From the NCBI GenBank assembly GCA_963847705.1, contig CAWKBC010000021.1:96001-160000 (forward strand): a DNA stretch of 64,000 bases, read 5' to 3'. The notes under the pieces are model-generated. The model ran no database searches. It was not told the origin of the DNA and worked only from the letters and a program-made list of their open reading frames with translations. Of this stretch, positions 1 through 11,032 are shown piece by piece. Each line of letters begins with the position of its first letter. Position 1 is the first letter of the stretch. The position numbers were made by a program, and so were the translations under genes. Source of the DNA: an uncultured Pseudomonadota bacterium. GTDB lineage: Bacteria > Myxococcota_A > Polyangia > Fen-1088.

Positions 1-284
1 ATCTCGGTGACCGGGGGCGCCTCGACCGCCGGTTCAGGGGGCGGTGGGATCGAGCCCCCGACCGCAGTCGCTTCCCGGGCCGGCGCCGGTGAGGCGACGG
101 CCGGGTTCGGCTGCACCGGAACCGGCACCACGACAACGGTCGATGGCGGCGGGACGGCCGGAGCGGTTTCGGTCGGCGGTGCTTCGGTCGGGTCCCCCGC
201 CCCGGCAGCGAGCGCGGTCGACCCGGCAAAAAGAACGAACGCGGTCAGGAGACCAGTCTGGGCACGGCGGGCAATTGTTTTCAT
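1..284 (-). CDS. Secreted protein with Pro-rich N-terminus (partial, runs off window start)
   Basis: Not in the ORF track. ATG at 284-282 overlaps the GH3 stop (ATGA). Reads MKTIARRAQTGLLTAFVLFAGSTALAAG (signal peptide) then PPTETAPAVPPP... with no stop to position 1. Confidence 0.7.
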   Translation of the reverse strand, partial: MKTIARRAQTGLLTAFVLFAGSTALAAGAGDPTEAPPTETAPAVPPPSTVVVVPVPVQPNPAVASPAPAREATAVGGSIPPPPEPAVEAPPVTE

Positions 285-2897
285 TGAGGAGGTCCGACGG
301 TGTAGCCGGTAACGTTCACGGTTTGCGTGGGTAGAAATTGAGTCGTTCCATCGTTCGGATTCTGGGCACCGTCAGTCACCATGATGTTGACCGGTCCGCT
401 CTCCACGACCCAAGAGCCCGTGGTCGCGGTCGGCGAGTCTGCCTTGAAGTAATCGAGATCCGACAGCCGGACGTTGATCAGCACCTGCTTCGCCTCACCC
501 GCGGCGAGGCTCACGCGCGCGAAGCCTTTGAGCTCCTTGGGAGCCCGCCGGGCCGTTGTGTTGGGGAACGACACGAAGACCATCACAGTGTCGTCACCGG
601 CGACCGTGCCGGTGTTCTTGACGTTGACGTAGACGGGCAAAACGGACCCCTGGACCAACGGGCTGGTGCACCCGAGCTGCACGTTGGAGAGCGCGAACGT
701 CGTGTAGCTGAGCCCGGCTCCGAACGGAAACACCGGCGTGATGTGGTTGTAGTCGAAATAGCGGTAGCCGACGTAGTAGTCGAACGTCGTCTCGCCGCCG
801 GGAGAGTCGAACGGGTCGCCATATTGTTGCTCTTGGCCCCAGGTGAACGGGAGCTTTCCGCCGAAGTTGTAGGACGTCCCGTTGACCTCGCCCCAGAGCA
901 GATCTGCGAGCGCCTCCCCGCCCCGCTGACCGGGGTACCAGGCCATGACCACAGCGGGGACCTGGGAGAGCCAGGGCATCGCGATCACGCTCCCCCCCTC
1001 CAGAACGACCACCATCGGCTTTCCGCTGGCGGCCACCTGTTGGATGAGCTTGTCCTGGATGCCCTGGTACGGGCCTGTCTGCTTGGCGTCGAGCCCCAGG
1101 CAGTTCCCCAGGTTGACGCACTTGGAGTTTCGGTCGGCTGCGTTCGTGTACTCCTCGCCCTCGTCCTGTGCGGTGAGGCCGGCGACCACCACGACGAAGT
1201 CGGCGGCGCTCACCGCGCTCGTCACGGCGCTGAGGTCCCCAGACGTGGTGTTTGTCGCAGTCGTGACGTTGACCGACCCGCCAGAGCAGGAGGTTCCGGA
1301 GACCGTGCCGCCCGACGCGGCACAGAGTCCGGCGAAGGGACCGACCGACTTGGCCGGGTCGGGGTAGACGCGGCTCGAATCCGAGGTCACCCCCGCGGAC
1401 ATCCGTGGCGAAGTTCACGCTGGAGCTGCCCTCGACCACCGCATAGGGGACCGTGGCGCCCACGACGGCCAGATTCTTGATCGCCGGGCTGATGGGAAGA
1501 ACCCCGTTGTTCTTGAGGAGGACCATGCTCTCCAGCGCCGCGCGCGTCGCCAGCGCCAGATGGGACGCGTCGCACGTGATCGAGCTGGTCGCGGTGTTAT
1601 AGGTCGTGACCGGCTGTTTGAGCCCGACGGTTCCCGTGAGCTTGTCGGACTTGAAGCGGTATTTCTCGTAGAGGATTCTCTGCACGGCGGCGTCGAGCTG
1701 GGGTTTCGTCACGGAGTGCGCGTTGTAGAGGTTCTGGAGCTGGCCGTAGTTGAACGACCAGGGGAGCTCGACATCCAACCCCGCGTTGATGGCCGAGACC
1801 GCGTTGCTCTTCTTGGTGCTCGTGTCGAGGTTTTGGTTGCTGCTGCCGGGCATCGCCCACCAGTCGCTGAGGATGAACCCCTTGAACCCGAAGTCGGTGC
1901 GCAGCACATCGGTCAATGTGTGCGGGTTGACTGTCGACTTCAGCCCGTTCACCGCGTTGTAGGACGCCATCACCGAGGCCACGCCGGCGTCCTGCACCAC
2001 CATCCGGAAGTGACGCCCGTAGATCTCCCGCAGCGTCTGCTCGTCCATGTCCGAGACGTTCTGTTGTCGGCCGGCCTCCACGTCGTAGCCCATGTAGTGC
2101 TTGGCGTTGGCGGCGATGTGCTGCTGGATGCCGACGGTCATCGCGGAGGCCAGGCGGCCGATCTGATAGGGATCCTCGCCGTAGGTCTCCTGCGCGCGGC
2201 CCCAGTACGGGTGGCGGAGGAGGTTCATGCAGGGCGCGAGCAGCAGCGTCTGCTGCGCGGCCTGCATCTCGTCGCCGATCGCTTCGCCGACCGCGTACTC
2301 GAGGTCGAGATCGAAGGCCGCGCCGCGCGCCATGCTGACCGGGAAGGAAGTCGAGTAGCCGACACTCTGACCGAGGACCTGGTGGCCGTCGGTCTTGTAG
2401 TTCGGGTCGGGGGGGTTGCCGTCCATGTCTTCGCCGAGGTTCACGCCGCGGGAGGCGTCCCGGTAGCGGTAGCCGCGAATGGTGGCGGTGTCTTGGCTGC
2501 GCTGGGTGTCGGTGAAGTTCCCCTGGCTGCTGGAGCCGAAGGGCATCCCGGTCATCTGCAACTGCTCGTCTGCCACGGAGATGGTCGTCATCGTATTGGC
2601 GACCTGGGCAAGGATCGCCGGGTCGTTGAAGCCGTAGCCCTGGCTGTATTTGTCGATGGCATTGCCGGTCGGGTTTGCCGCGCAGGCCTGCGGCGTGACG
2701 ACGTTCTCGACGTCACCCGTGACCACCGTGCTGACCACGCCGGCGCCGGCATCCGCCACATTGAGAGAGCACGTCGGCGACGTGCTGCCACCGTCTCCCT
2801 GTGCCTGCCCCTTCGGCAGCGGCAATGAGCAGGCCGACACGGCCAAACAACCAACCGCGGTCCAAAGCAACGACTTGAGCAATTTCATGTTCTGCAT
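281..2897 (-). pseudogene. GH3 beta-glucosidase/xylosidase lipoprotein, split by a +1 frameshift at ~1378
   Basis: RBS AGGAG and lipobox LAVSAC. GH3 motifs WGRAQETYGEDP, KHY, ILSDWW lie in ORF 594..2897; AWYPGQRGG and the Fn3-like KELKGF domain lie in ORF 281..1402. Removing one T from GGATTCGAGC restores GDLGSSRVY. Confidence 0.85.
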
Positions 2898-3155
2898 TTA
2901 GAACTCCTGGCAGCCTCGAAATGACTTTAGGGGGACGAATAAATTTTGATGAATCGCGACGACTCCATGAACTGACGAGCGGGTCGCACCGTAGCACGGG
3001 TCACGGTCCCCGTAGCACGCATTATCGAGCACGATCTGCGAGGCGCGCGCGACGCCGGCCGTCGTGCCCCACTCGGGTCCCGTCGCGGCGAAAGCGCAAC
3101 GAAGCCTCGGGTCTCGCCACCCGATTCGAACAATGATCCTGAGCTTCGCGCACGG

Positions 3156-3482
3156 CTAAGGCACGTAATCGACAGTGGCCCCCCCGTTGCCGGGCCTGGA
3201 GAATTGAAGCTTCTCGCGACCGAGGGAGACGAGGTCCATCGCCGAACTTCCGGAATTGTACATGACGGCAACGATGCTGCCGTCCACGTTCTTGAAGGCG
3301 AGCGCGTCGCCGCCGCTGGTGGCGACGACCTTGGCGCCGGGCCGAACGAACTGCGAGACGTGGCGTAGCCCGCCCGGGCCGGGGGCCCCGCCGGTGCCCC
3401 GCGTGCCGCCCAGTCCCTTCGAGCAAGACGCCCCGGGGAACCCAACCCCGAGGCCGAAGATCGAGGCGCGCGCGCTGGTCAT
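3156..3482 (-). pseudogene. Internally deleted remnant of a GH30 lipoprotein (signal peptide fused to C-terminal strands)
   Basis: N-terminus (IFGLGV..SCSKGLGGTRGTGG) and C-terminus (RHVSQFVRPGAKVVATSGGDALAFKNVDGSIVAVMYNSG..KLQF..YVP) both match the ends of 7745..9823. Confidence 0.8.
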
Positions 3483-3878
3483 GACCCGAAGATTCCCGTC
3501 AGGGGCGAAAGCGATCCCGCGCACGATGCCATTCGACACGCGGTTCTGGACGCGCATGGCATCCGCGCACGATGCACCTGGGTTCTCGGCCGCGTCCTCG
3601 CATCCTTGGCTTCCGTCTCTCATTTATGGCGGGCGCTCCGAGCGGGCCTGCTCGAGCTGCAGTTCTTCCGGCGCATGAGCTGGGGCGACGTTCTGTCGTC
3701 GTCGGGACGGACCATCCGGAGCGAGCTCGTCCATCGTTAGAGCGCCGGACAGCGCCGGCGTCGCGCACGATACCGACCGGCACGACGGATCGTCATCGCG
3801 AGCGGATCGCGTCTGCGCTGTTCGGCTTCAGTGAGCCGGCCCCGGGCTGCGTCGCCACCGCGGTGTATCCTCGGTTCG

Positions 3879-4811
3879 ATGCTGGAAGGCGTGACCATCG
3901 AACAGCTCCGCACGCTGCGCGCGGTGGCCGAGGCCGGCAGCTTCTCGGCGGCGGCCCGCAAGCTGGGGCGCGTGCAGGCGGCGGTCAGCCAGGCGATCGA
4001 TCGGCTGGAGGCGCAGCTCGGGCTCCGGCTCTTCGATCGCACCGGGCGGGTCCCCGTGCTGACGGCGCACGGCGAGGCCGTCGTCGAGGCTGCGGCCAAG
4101 GTCGAAGGCGGGGTGGAGGCCCTCGAAGAGCTGGTGGCCAGCTTGAAGCGGGGCGCGGAGCGGACGCTGCACATCGTCGTCGACGTCATGTTCCCGACCG
4201 AGTCGCTGGTGGCGTTCGCCAGGGACTTCGCGCGCGAGCATCCCGACGTCGGGCTGCTGCTCTTCACCGAGATCCTCTCGGGCGTCACGGCGCACGTGCG
4301 CGAGAAACGCTCGGCCTGGGGCATCGCCATCGAGGACGCCGACCTCAGCGACCTCGACAGCCGTCCGATCGCCGACGTGCGCCTGATTCCGGTCGCGGCC
4401 CCGGGGCATCCGCTGGCCTTGCGCGAAGGCCGGATCGAGGCGGGCGTGCTGGCCGAGACGGTGCAAATCGTGCAGGGGCAGCACCGCCCGGACGGCGAGC
4501 CGGGGCACGACGACCACGGCGTCTTTTCACCCAAGACCTGGCGAGTCGTCGACCTGGCGACCAAGCAGGCGCTGATCGCCGGTGGGCTCGGCTGGGGGCA
4601 CATGCCCGAGCACCTCGTGCGCGAGGAGCTCCGGAGCGGCCGGCTGGTCGAGCTCCGGCTCGACGCCTGGGGGAGCGTGGCGCCGCGCAGATCGCTGGTC
4701 CTGGTGTGGCGGCGTCAGGCCGTCATGGGCCCGGTGGCCGAGTGGGCGCAGCGCCGGCTGTCGGAGCTCTGCAAGAAGGTGGTGGAACCGGGGCCCCCTC
4801 ACGGCGGGTGA
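3879..4811 (+). CDS. LysR-family transcriptional regulator
   Basis: HTH GSFSAAARKLGRVQAAVSQAIDRLEAQLGLRLFDR followed by a substrate-binding domain. Confidence 0.93.
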   Translation: MLEGVTIEQLRTLRAVAEAGSFSAAARKLGRVQAAVSQAIDRLEAQLGLRLFDRTGRVPVLTAHGEAVVEAAAKVEGGVEALEELVASLKRGAERTLHIVVDVMFPTESLVAFARDFAREHPDVGLLLFTEILSGVTAHVREKRSAWGIAIEDADLSDLDSRPIADVRLIPVAAPGHPLALREGRIEAGVLAETVQIVQGQHRPDGEPGHDDHGVFSPKTWRVVDLATKQALIAGGLGWGHMPEHLVREELRSGRLVELRLDAWGSVAPRRSLVLVWRRQAVMGPVAEWAQRRLSELCKKVVEPGPPHGG

Positions 4812-4870
4812 TACCAGTCATCACCTCACCGGCAGTGTTCCGCTCTGGCCAGGCGATTACACTCGTGACC

Positions 4871-5791
4871 ATGAAAACTCAGGTTGCAACCCGTACGGCG
4901 CCGCCCACGGCCACCACGGCCGCGCTCCGCAGCGTCGAGAGCGTCCACCGCAGCACGACCTTTCACTGGGTCGGAAACGGCTTCCACGTGTCGACCTACT
5001 TTCCGAGCGAGGGCCTGCCGCCCGAGCGGGTGAGCCCGTTCGTGCTGATGGACTACGGTCCCCCCAAGGAGTTCACGCCGCTGGCGCGTGGCAAGCGTGG
5101 CGTCGGCTGGCATCCCCACCGTGGGTTCGAGACGGTCACCCTGGCCTGGGAGGGCGCGGTCGCTCACCAGGACAACGCCGGGCACGCCGGCGTGATCGGC
5201 CCCGGCGACGTCCAGTGGATGACCGCCGGGCGCGGCATCTTTCACGAGGAGTACCACGAGGCCGAGTTCTCCCGCGCCGGTGGCCGCATGCACATGATGC
5301 AGCTCTGGGTGAACCTGCCCGCCAAGGACAAGACGGCGGCGCCCGCCTACCAGCCGATCACCGCGGCCGACATTCCGCGGGTGGCGCTGGCGGGCGGCGG
5401 CGAGGTGCGGGTCATCGCCGGCGCGTACGAAGAGGCGCGCGGTCCGGCCCACACCTTCACGCCGATCACGATGCTGGACGTGCGCCTCCCCGCGGGTGGC
5501 AAGCTCCCGCTCACGCTCCCGGCGACCCACAACGCGCTGGCCGTGGTCACCAAGGGACGCGTTCGCGCAGGCCAGGAGTCCGGGCTGGCCGGCGAGCTGA
5601 TCCTGTTCGGAAACGACGGCGATAGCCTGGAGCTCACCGCCGACGAGGAGAGCCACATCGTGCTCCTGGCGAGCGCTCCGCTCGACGAGCCGATCGTCCA
5701 GTACGGCCCCTTCGTCATGAATAGCTTCGAAGAGATCCGGCAAGCGATCGCCGACGTCGAAACGGGAAAGTTCGGTCCGGTTCCCGGCTAA
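4871..5791 (+). CDS. Pirin-family protein
   Basis: HPHRGFETVT, GDVQWMTAGRGIFHEE, QLWVNLP, GPFVMN. Real start is ATG 4871 inside the long ORF 3572..5791. Confidence 0.93.
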   Translation: MKTQVATRTAPPTATTAALRSVESVHRSTTFHWVGNGFHVSTYFPSEGLPPERVSPFVLMDYGPPKEFTPLARGKRGVGWHPHRGFETVTLAWEGAVAHQDNAGHAGVIGPGDVQWMTAGRGIFHEEYHEAEFSRAGGRMHMMQLWVNLPAKDKTAAPAYQPITAADIPRVALAGGGEVRVIAGAYEEARGPAHTFTPITMLDVRLPAGGKLPLTLPATHNALAVVTKGRVRAGQESGLAGELILFGNDGDSLELTADEESHIVLLASAPLDEPIVQYGPFVMNSFEEIRQAIADVETGKFGPVPG

Positions 5792-5913
5792 TACCAACGC
5801 GATCGCGCGGCGTGACCGAACCTCAGCTCGTTTCGCCAGATATGAGAACAAGCGACCACTAATGTGAAATGAAGCCGGTACAGCGCCTCCTCTAATCTTT
5901 CGGAGGCGACTGT

Positions 5914-7686
5914 ATGAAACTCAGATTTGATTTCCCGGTATTCCTGCTCGTCGGAGCGGTGTCGATGGTGGGCTGCGGAAACTCCGGCTCCGGCGGCTCG
6001 GGCTCCGGTGGAAGTGGCGGCACGGTCGCCTCGGGCGGCAGCACCGGGAGCGGTGGAAGCAGCAGAGGCGGTTCGGGCGGCACCACCGGCAGCGGCGGCT
6101 CCGGTGGATCGCCCGCGACGGGCGGAAGCCACGGCAGCGGCGGCGCGGTCGGAACCGGCGGCGCGCCGGCCACGGGCGGCGCGAACGGCAGCGGCGGCGC
6201 CACCGCGACCGGCGGCGCCAGTGGTGTCGGCGGTACTTCGGGCACCTCGGGTAAAGGCGGCGCGGCGGGTGGCGGAGGTGGCACGGCCGGAAGCGGCGCC
6301 GGCGGCTCTGCGACGGGCGGGGGAACCGGAGCGGCAGGTTCCGGCGGTGCAACGGGCGGCGCGGGCGGTGGAAGCGCCGCCGTCGCGAAGCCGTCGTTCG
6401 ACTGGGTCGGGGTGGTCGGCTCCGGGCAGAGCCTCTCGGTCGGCACCACGCCGGCGGCCTTGACCACGCAGCCCTACAACAACTTGATGCTCGCGCTCAA
6501 CGGCGCCACCGTCCCTGGCACCGGCACCAACCCGTGGGACCCCACGGTGGCCGGCCTGACGATGGTGCCGCTGGTCGAGCCGGTGCGCGCGCTCGAGACC
6601 GCCTATCCCAGCCCCTATCCGGGCAACATCTACGGCGAGACGCCGCACGCCGCGATGGCCAACGAGATCACCCGGTTCGTGAAGGCCGCCTCGGCCAGCG
6701 CCGACTACGTCACCGTGCACACCATCGTCGGCGAGAGCGGGCAGGGCGTCGTCGCGCTGGTCAAGGAAGCCGCCGGAGCCGACACCGGCACCACCGGGCG
6801 CGCCTACGCGGCGACCATCTTCGAGGCCGGCGCCATCACCGGGCTGGCCAAGGCCGCCGGCAAGAGCTACGGCGTCGGCGTGGTGGTGATGACCCACGGC
6901 GAGACCGACTGCTCCAACGCGACCTACGGCGCCTCCCTGGTCCAGCTCCTGTCCGACTACAACACCGACATCTCGGCGATCACCGGGCAGACCTACAAGA
7001 TCCCGATGTACCTGTCGCAGCAGCACGGCTGCCCGGGCGCCCCCGCCTGCACCGCCGAGACGGACCTGCGTCCGCTGGCCAACGATCAGCAGTGGCAGCT
7101 CGGCGTGCAGCACAAAGGTGACTTCGTCTGCACGGGGCCGAAGTATCAATATCCGGCGCACTCCGACGGCGACGGCATTCATCTCAACGTGACCGGCTAC
7201 GAGCTCCTGGGCGAGAAGACCGCCGAGATCTACTACCAGCGCGCGGTCCTCGGTCAGGACTGGCAGCCGCTGGCGCCCACCGGCGTGTCCCGCAACGGTC
7301 GCGTGGTCACCGTGCAGTTCCACGTGCCGGTGGAGCCGCTCAACTGGGACACCAGCTTCGACGCGCCGAAGATCACCGCCTGGGCCAACGGCAAGGGCTT
7401 CGAGCTCTTCACCGCGACGAGCTCGACCGTCGCCAGCTCGAGCACGAACATCACCATCAGCTCGGTCGCCATCTCTGGCGACTCCGTCCAGATCACCGCC
7501 AGCGCCGATCTGCCAACCAGCGGCCTTTACGTGGCCTACGCCCTCACCAACCAGGGCAAGCAGTCGTCCAACCACTCCAAGGCAGTTCGCTGGGGGCAGC
7601 TGCGCGATTCCGATCCCTTCATGGGCGGCACCACCAAGCAGGCCAATCCGAACTACGCAGTTTCGTTCAGCATGCCCGTCCCCTGA
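5914..7686 (+). CDS. Lipoprotein with Gly-rich linker and SGNH/SASA-like (CE6-type) carbohydrate esterase domain
   Basis: Lipobox MVGC, ~130-aa G/S/T linker, then SGNH blocks GSGQSLS, HGETD and DGIH. Confidence 0.7.
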   Translation: MKLRFDFPVFLLVGAVSMVGCGNSGSGGSGSGGSGGTVASGGSTGSGGSSRGGSGGTTGSGGSGGSPATGGSHGSGGAVGTGGAPATGGANGSGGATATGGASGVGGTSGTSGKGGAAGGGGGTAGSGAGGSATGGGTGAAGSGGATGGAGGGSAAVAKPSFDWVGVVGSGQSLSVGTTPAALTTQPYNNLMLALNGATVPGTGTNPWDPTVAGLTMVPLVEPVRALETAYPSPYPGNIYGETPHAAMANEITRFVKAASASADYVTVHTIVGESGQGVVALVKEAAGADTGTTGRAYAATIFEAGAITGLAKAAGKSYGVGVVVMTHGETDCSNATYGASLVQLLSDYNTDISAITGQTYKIPMYLSQQHGCPGAPACTAETDLRPLANDQQWQLGVQHKGDFVCTGPKYQYPAHSDGDGIHLNVTGYELLGEKTAEIYYQRAVLGQDWQPLAPTGVSRNGRVVTVQFHVPVEPLNWDTSFDAPKITAWANGKGFELFTATSSTVASSSTNITISSVAISGDSVQITASADLPTSGLYVAYALTNQGKQSSNHSKAVRWGQLRDSDPFMGGTTKQANPNYAVSFSMPVP

Positions 7687-7744
7687 GCTTCTTGGGCGCG
7701 CGGGTTCGCGATCACTTTCGGCCCCGCCGGGAATAGCGGTCGAG

Positions 7745-9823
7745 ATGACGACCGCAGGGGTACGGCTCTCGGTGCGAATTTTGGGCCTTGGTCTCGTGCT
7801 CCTCACCGTGGCTTGCAGCAAGGGGACCGGTGGAACGACCGGCACCGGCGGGACCACCGGCACGGGCGGAAGCACTTGCCCCGGCACGGAGACCGCCTGC
7901 GGCACCGACTGCATCGACACCTCGTCCGACCCGATGAACTGCGGCGCCTGCGGCATTCCCTGCGCGACGGGACAGGTGTGCCAGGGCGGAGCGTGCCAGT
8001 GCCAGCCCGGGCTGATGTCCTGCAACGGCTCCTGCGTCCCGTCCGATGCGACGCACTGTGGGAGCTGTTCGGTGTCCTGCCAGTCGAGCCAGGTCTGCAG
8101 CAACGGCACGTGTGCCTCGAGCTGCGACGCCGGCCTGACGCTCTGTGGATCGAGCTGCGTCGACACGACGGCCAGCAGCACCAGCTGCGGCAGCTGTGGA
8201 ACGGCCTGCGGGGCCACCGAGCACTGCGCCGGCAGCAGCTGCGTCGCCAACGTGACGACGGGAACCGGCGGGACGCCCGGCGCGGGCGGAACGACGGCCT
8301 CCGGCGGGTCGAGCGGCACCGGCGGGACCGGCACCGGCGGGTCGACCGCGACCGGCGGCAGCGCTGGCTCCTCGGGAACCGGTGGGTCGGCGGCGACGGG
8401 CGGAGCGCCCGGCATCGGTGGCGCGCCGCCCGCGCAGTCGAGCGTGGTCACCTCCGCGTCCGGGAGCTACTGGCAGAGCGGGACGTTGACGACGGTGACC
8501 AGCGGGAGCGCCACCGTCACCGTCACGGACAGCTCGGTCGCCCAGACCTGGGAAGGGTTCGGCGGCGCCTTCAACGAGGCTGGCTGGAACTACCTCTCGA
8601 TGCTCAGCCAGAGCGACCGGGACAACGCGCTTCAGATGCTTTACGGCACCAACGGCGCGCACTTCAACATCGGCCGCGTCCCCATCGGTGCGAACGACTA
8701 CGCCATCAGCCGCTACACCGACGACGAGGTGGCGAGCGGCAGCACCGATTACAACATGACCAGCTTCTCGCTCACCGAGGACCTGAAGTACCTCATCCCC
8801 TACATCAAGGCGGCGCAGGCGGTGAACGGCAGCATCCGCTTCTGGGGCAGCCCCTGGACCCCGCCCACCTGGATGAAGACCAGCAGCGGCTCGGTCAACG
8901 GAACGGCCTGCACCTACAGCGGCACGGCCTTCGACAGCGGCTGCATGACCGACAACGCCCAGGTCCTGACCGCCTACGCCCAGTACTTCATCAAGTGGGT
9001 GCAGGGATATGCGGCGCAGGGGATCACCATCGAATCGATCGGCCCGCAGAACGAGCCGAACTACTTCGACAACTACCCGTCCTGCGGCTGGGCGTCGCCG
9101 CTGTTCGCGAAGTTCGTCGGCCAGTATCTCGGCCCGGCCTTCACCGCCGCGAACATGACGACCAAGATCATGCTCGGCACCATGTCCAACGCCAACAGCG
9201 GCACCGATCCCGGCATCGTCAGCGCCGTGCTGGCCGACGCCACCGCCAAGAGCTACATCAAGCTGTTCGGCTACCAGTGGAACATGCTGCCCAACGTGGC
9301 CAGCGCGAAGTCCAACAATCTGCCCATCTGGCAGACCGAGCACAAATGCGGCAACTACCCCTGGAATCCAGCGGGCTTTCCCGCCTTCAACGCCAACATG
9401 GCGCCCAACGATTACGCCTATGGGGTGGAGAGCTGGGGCAACATCCACGACTGGATCGCCGCGGGCGTGACCGCCTACAACGCCTGGAACACGGTGCTCG
9501 ACACGGCGGGGAAGAACATCGACTCCGTGCGCCCCTGGCCGCAGAACGCGCTCATGACGGTCAACACCTCGACCAAGGCGTTGACCATCACGCCGGCCTA
9601 CTACGTCTTTCGCCACTGCTCCGAGTACGTCAGCCCGGGCGCCAAGGTCGTCGCGACGAGCGGCAGCGGCAGCTCGCTGGCCTTCAAGAACCCGGACGGC
9701 AGCATCGTCACGGTCATGTACAACTCCGGCTCGGCGTCGACCTACACGGTCGCCGTCGGCGGCCAGAAGCTCCAGTTCGCGATGCCCGCCAACGGATTCG
9801 CGACCGTCGTCTACGTGCCGTAG
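7745..9823 (+). CDS. GH30 glycoside hydrolase lipoprotein with Cys-rich (Stig1-like) repeats and Gly-rich linker
   Basis: Lipobox TVAC; repeats D..NCGACG..C; GFGGAF, SPWTPPTWMK, acid/base QNEP, nucleophile WQTE, C-terminal AFKNPDGS. Confidence 0.88.
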   Translation: MTTAGVRLSVRILGLGLVLLTVACSKGTGGTTGTGGTTGTGGSTCPGTETACGTDCIDTSSDPMNCGACGIPCATGQVCQGGACQCQPGLMSCNGSCVPSDATHCGSCSVSCQSSQVCSNGTCASSCDAGLTLCGSSCVDTTASSTSCGSCGTACGATEHCAGSSCVANVTTGTGGTPGAGGTTASGGSSGTGGTGTGGSTATGGSAGSSGTGGSAATGGAPGIGGAPPAQSSVVTSASGSYWQSGTLTTVTSGSATVTVTDSSVAQTWEGFGGAFNEAGWNYLSMLSQSDRDNALQMLYGTNGAHFNIGRVPIGANDYAISRYTDDEVASGSTDYNMTSFSLTEDLKYLIPYIKAAQAVNGSIRFWGSPWTPPTWMKTSSGSVNGTACTYSGTAFDSGCMTDNAQVLTAYAQYFIKWVQGYAAQGITIESIGPQNEPNYFDNYPSCGWASPLFAKFVGQYLGPAFTAANMTTKIMLGTMSNANSGTDPGIVSAVLADATAKSYIKLFGYQWNMLPNVASAKSNNLPIWQTEHKCGNYPWNPAGFPAFNANMAPNDYAYGVESWGNIHDWIAAGVTAYNAWNTVLDTAGKNIDSVRPWPQNALMTVNTSTKALTITPAYYVFRHCSEYVSPGAKVVATSGSGSSLAFKNPDGSIVTVMYNSGSASTYTVAVGGQKLQFAMPANGFATVVYVP

Positions 9824-9856
9824 CGCCCGCGCGCCCCAGCGACGGTCCGAGGCGTG

Positions 9857-11032
9857 TCAGCGCCGGACCAGGATCGTTCTGTCGATCGCGGCGTAAATCC
9901 TTCGAGCCTGGGTGCCGGCGCGGCGCAGGGCGTTGCGGGTAGCCTCTCGTGACGTCGGAACGAAAAACCAGACGAACGCCGCCGCGACCACCGCGACAAG
10001 GAGAGCCCCCAGCCTTCGCCGGGGTCCTGGTGTGTGGACCTTTCGAAGAAACTGCAGCGTGTCTGGCTCGGCCCGCCGCTCGGGCGGCTCCGGGTCTTCG
10101 CCCGACATCGATGACGGAGCGGGCCCGGTGAACAGCGGCCGCGCGGGCGCGCGGGCAAACTGCCTCCGGTCGATGGCCACGGCGTCGATCGCGCCGCCCA
10201 GCGCCTCGGCGAAGGCGGCCACGTCGGGGTAGCGCTCGGCCGAGCGTTTCGACATGGCGCGGTCAATCACCGCGTCCACCTCCCTGCCCAACCAGGGCGC
10301 CCACTGCGACGGCGGTCGCGGCGTCACGTTGACCACCTGATGAAGGACCACGGACGGTTCGCCGCCCGCGAAGGGCTCGTGGCCCGTCAGCAGGCGATAG
10401 GAGAGGGCGGCCAGGGCGAATTGATCGCTGCGATGATCGATCTCCTGGGTGAGCCCTTGGGCCTGTTCGGGGGCCATGTATTCGGGCGTCCCCGTGATGA
10501 GGGGCTCGTGGTCCGGGCGCTCGCGCCAGATCGCGCGCGAGATCCCGAAGTCGATGACCTTGACGAAATCGTCGCGGCCATCGGTCGGGATGAGGATGAC
10601 GTTGTCGGGCTTGAGATCCAGATGCACGATGCCGTGCGCGTGGGCGGCCGCCAGCGCCTGGGCGATCTGGTCGATGACGTGCAGCGCGGCCCGCGGCTCG
10701 AGTGGCGCCCCGGCGATCGCGCTCTCGCTGAGGGGATGCCCCTGCAGGAGCTCCATCACCAGAAAAGGGACGCCGCTCTCCGTGACGTCGAAGTCCAGGA
10801 TCTGGACGATGTGCGGGTGGCGCAGCGCGGACATGATGTCGGCCTCCTGCCGCAGTCGGCTCAGCGCCTGCGCGTTCCCCGCCACGCTGGGGTGGAGAAC
10901 CTTGACCGCGACCTCGGAGCCGAGTCGCTCATGCCTCGCCACGTAGACGTCGCCGCATCCGCCCTGGGCCAGCGGGCGAACGAGCCGATAGCTCTCACCG
11001 AGGACGGTGCCGATGCCCGGAGCCGCCTCCAT
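9857..11032 (-). CDS. Hanks-type Ser/Thr protein kinase with C-terminal TM helix
   Basis: VAVK, HLDLKPDN, DFG, GTPEYMAPEQ; hydrophobic helix LGALLVAVVAAAFVWFFV. Confidence 0.93.
   Translation of the reverse strand: MEAAPGIGTVLGESYRLVRPLAQGGCGDVYVARHERLGSEVAVKVLHPSVAGNAQALSRLRQEADIMSALRHPHIVQILDFDVTESGVPFLVMELLQGHPLSESAIAGAPLEPRAALHVIDQIAQALAAAHAHGIVHLDLKPDNVILIPTDGRDDFVKVIDFGISRAIWRERPDHEPLITGTPEYMAPEQAQGLTQEIDHRSDQFALAALSYRLLTGHEPFAGGEPSVVLHQVVNVTPRPPSQWAPWLGREVDAVIDRAMSKRSAERYPDVAAFAEALGGAIDAVAIDRRQFARAPARPLFTGPAPSSMSGEDPEPPERRAEPDTLQFLRKVHTPGPRRRLGALLVAVVAAAFVWFFVPTSREATRNALRRAGTQARRIYAAIDRTILVRR

Noticed and set aside
3572-4870. 739-aa pirin fusion
   Set aside because: The N-terminal part is an alternate frame over LysR; pirin starts at 4871.
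5788-9616. Long minus-strand ORFs (887 and 634 aa) and similar shadow ORFs throughout
   Set aside because: Antisense shadows typical of high-GC DNA, opposite genes with clear motifs.
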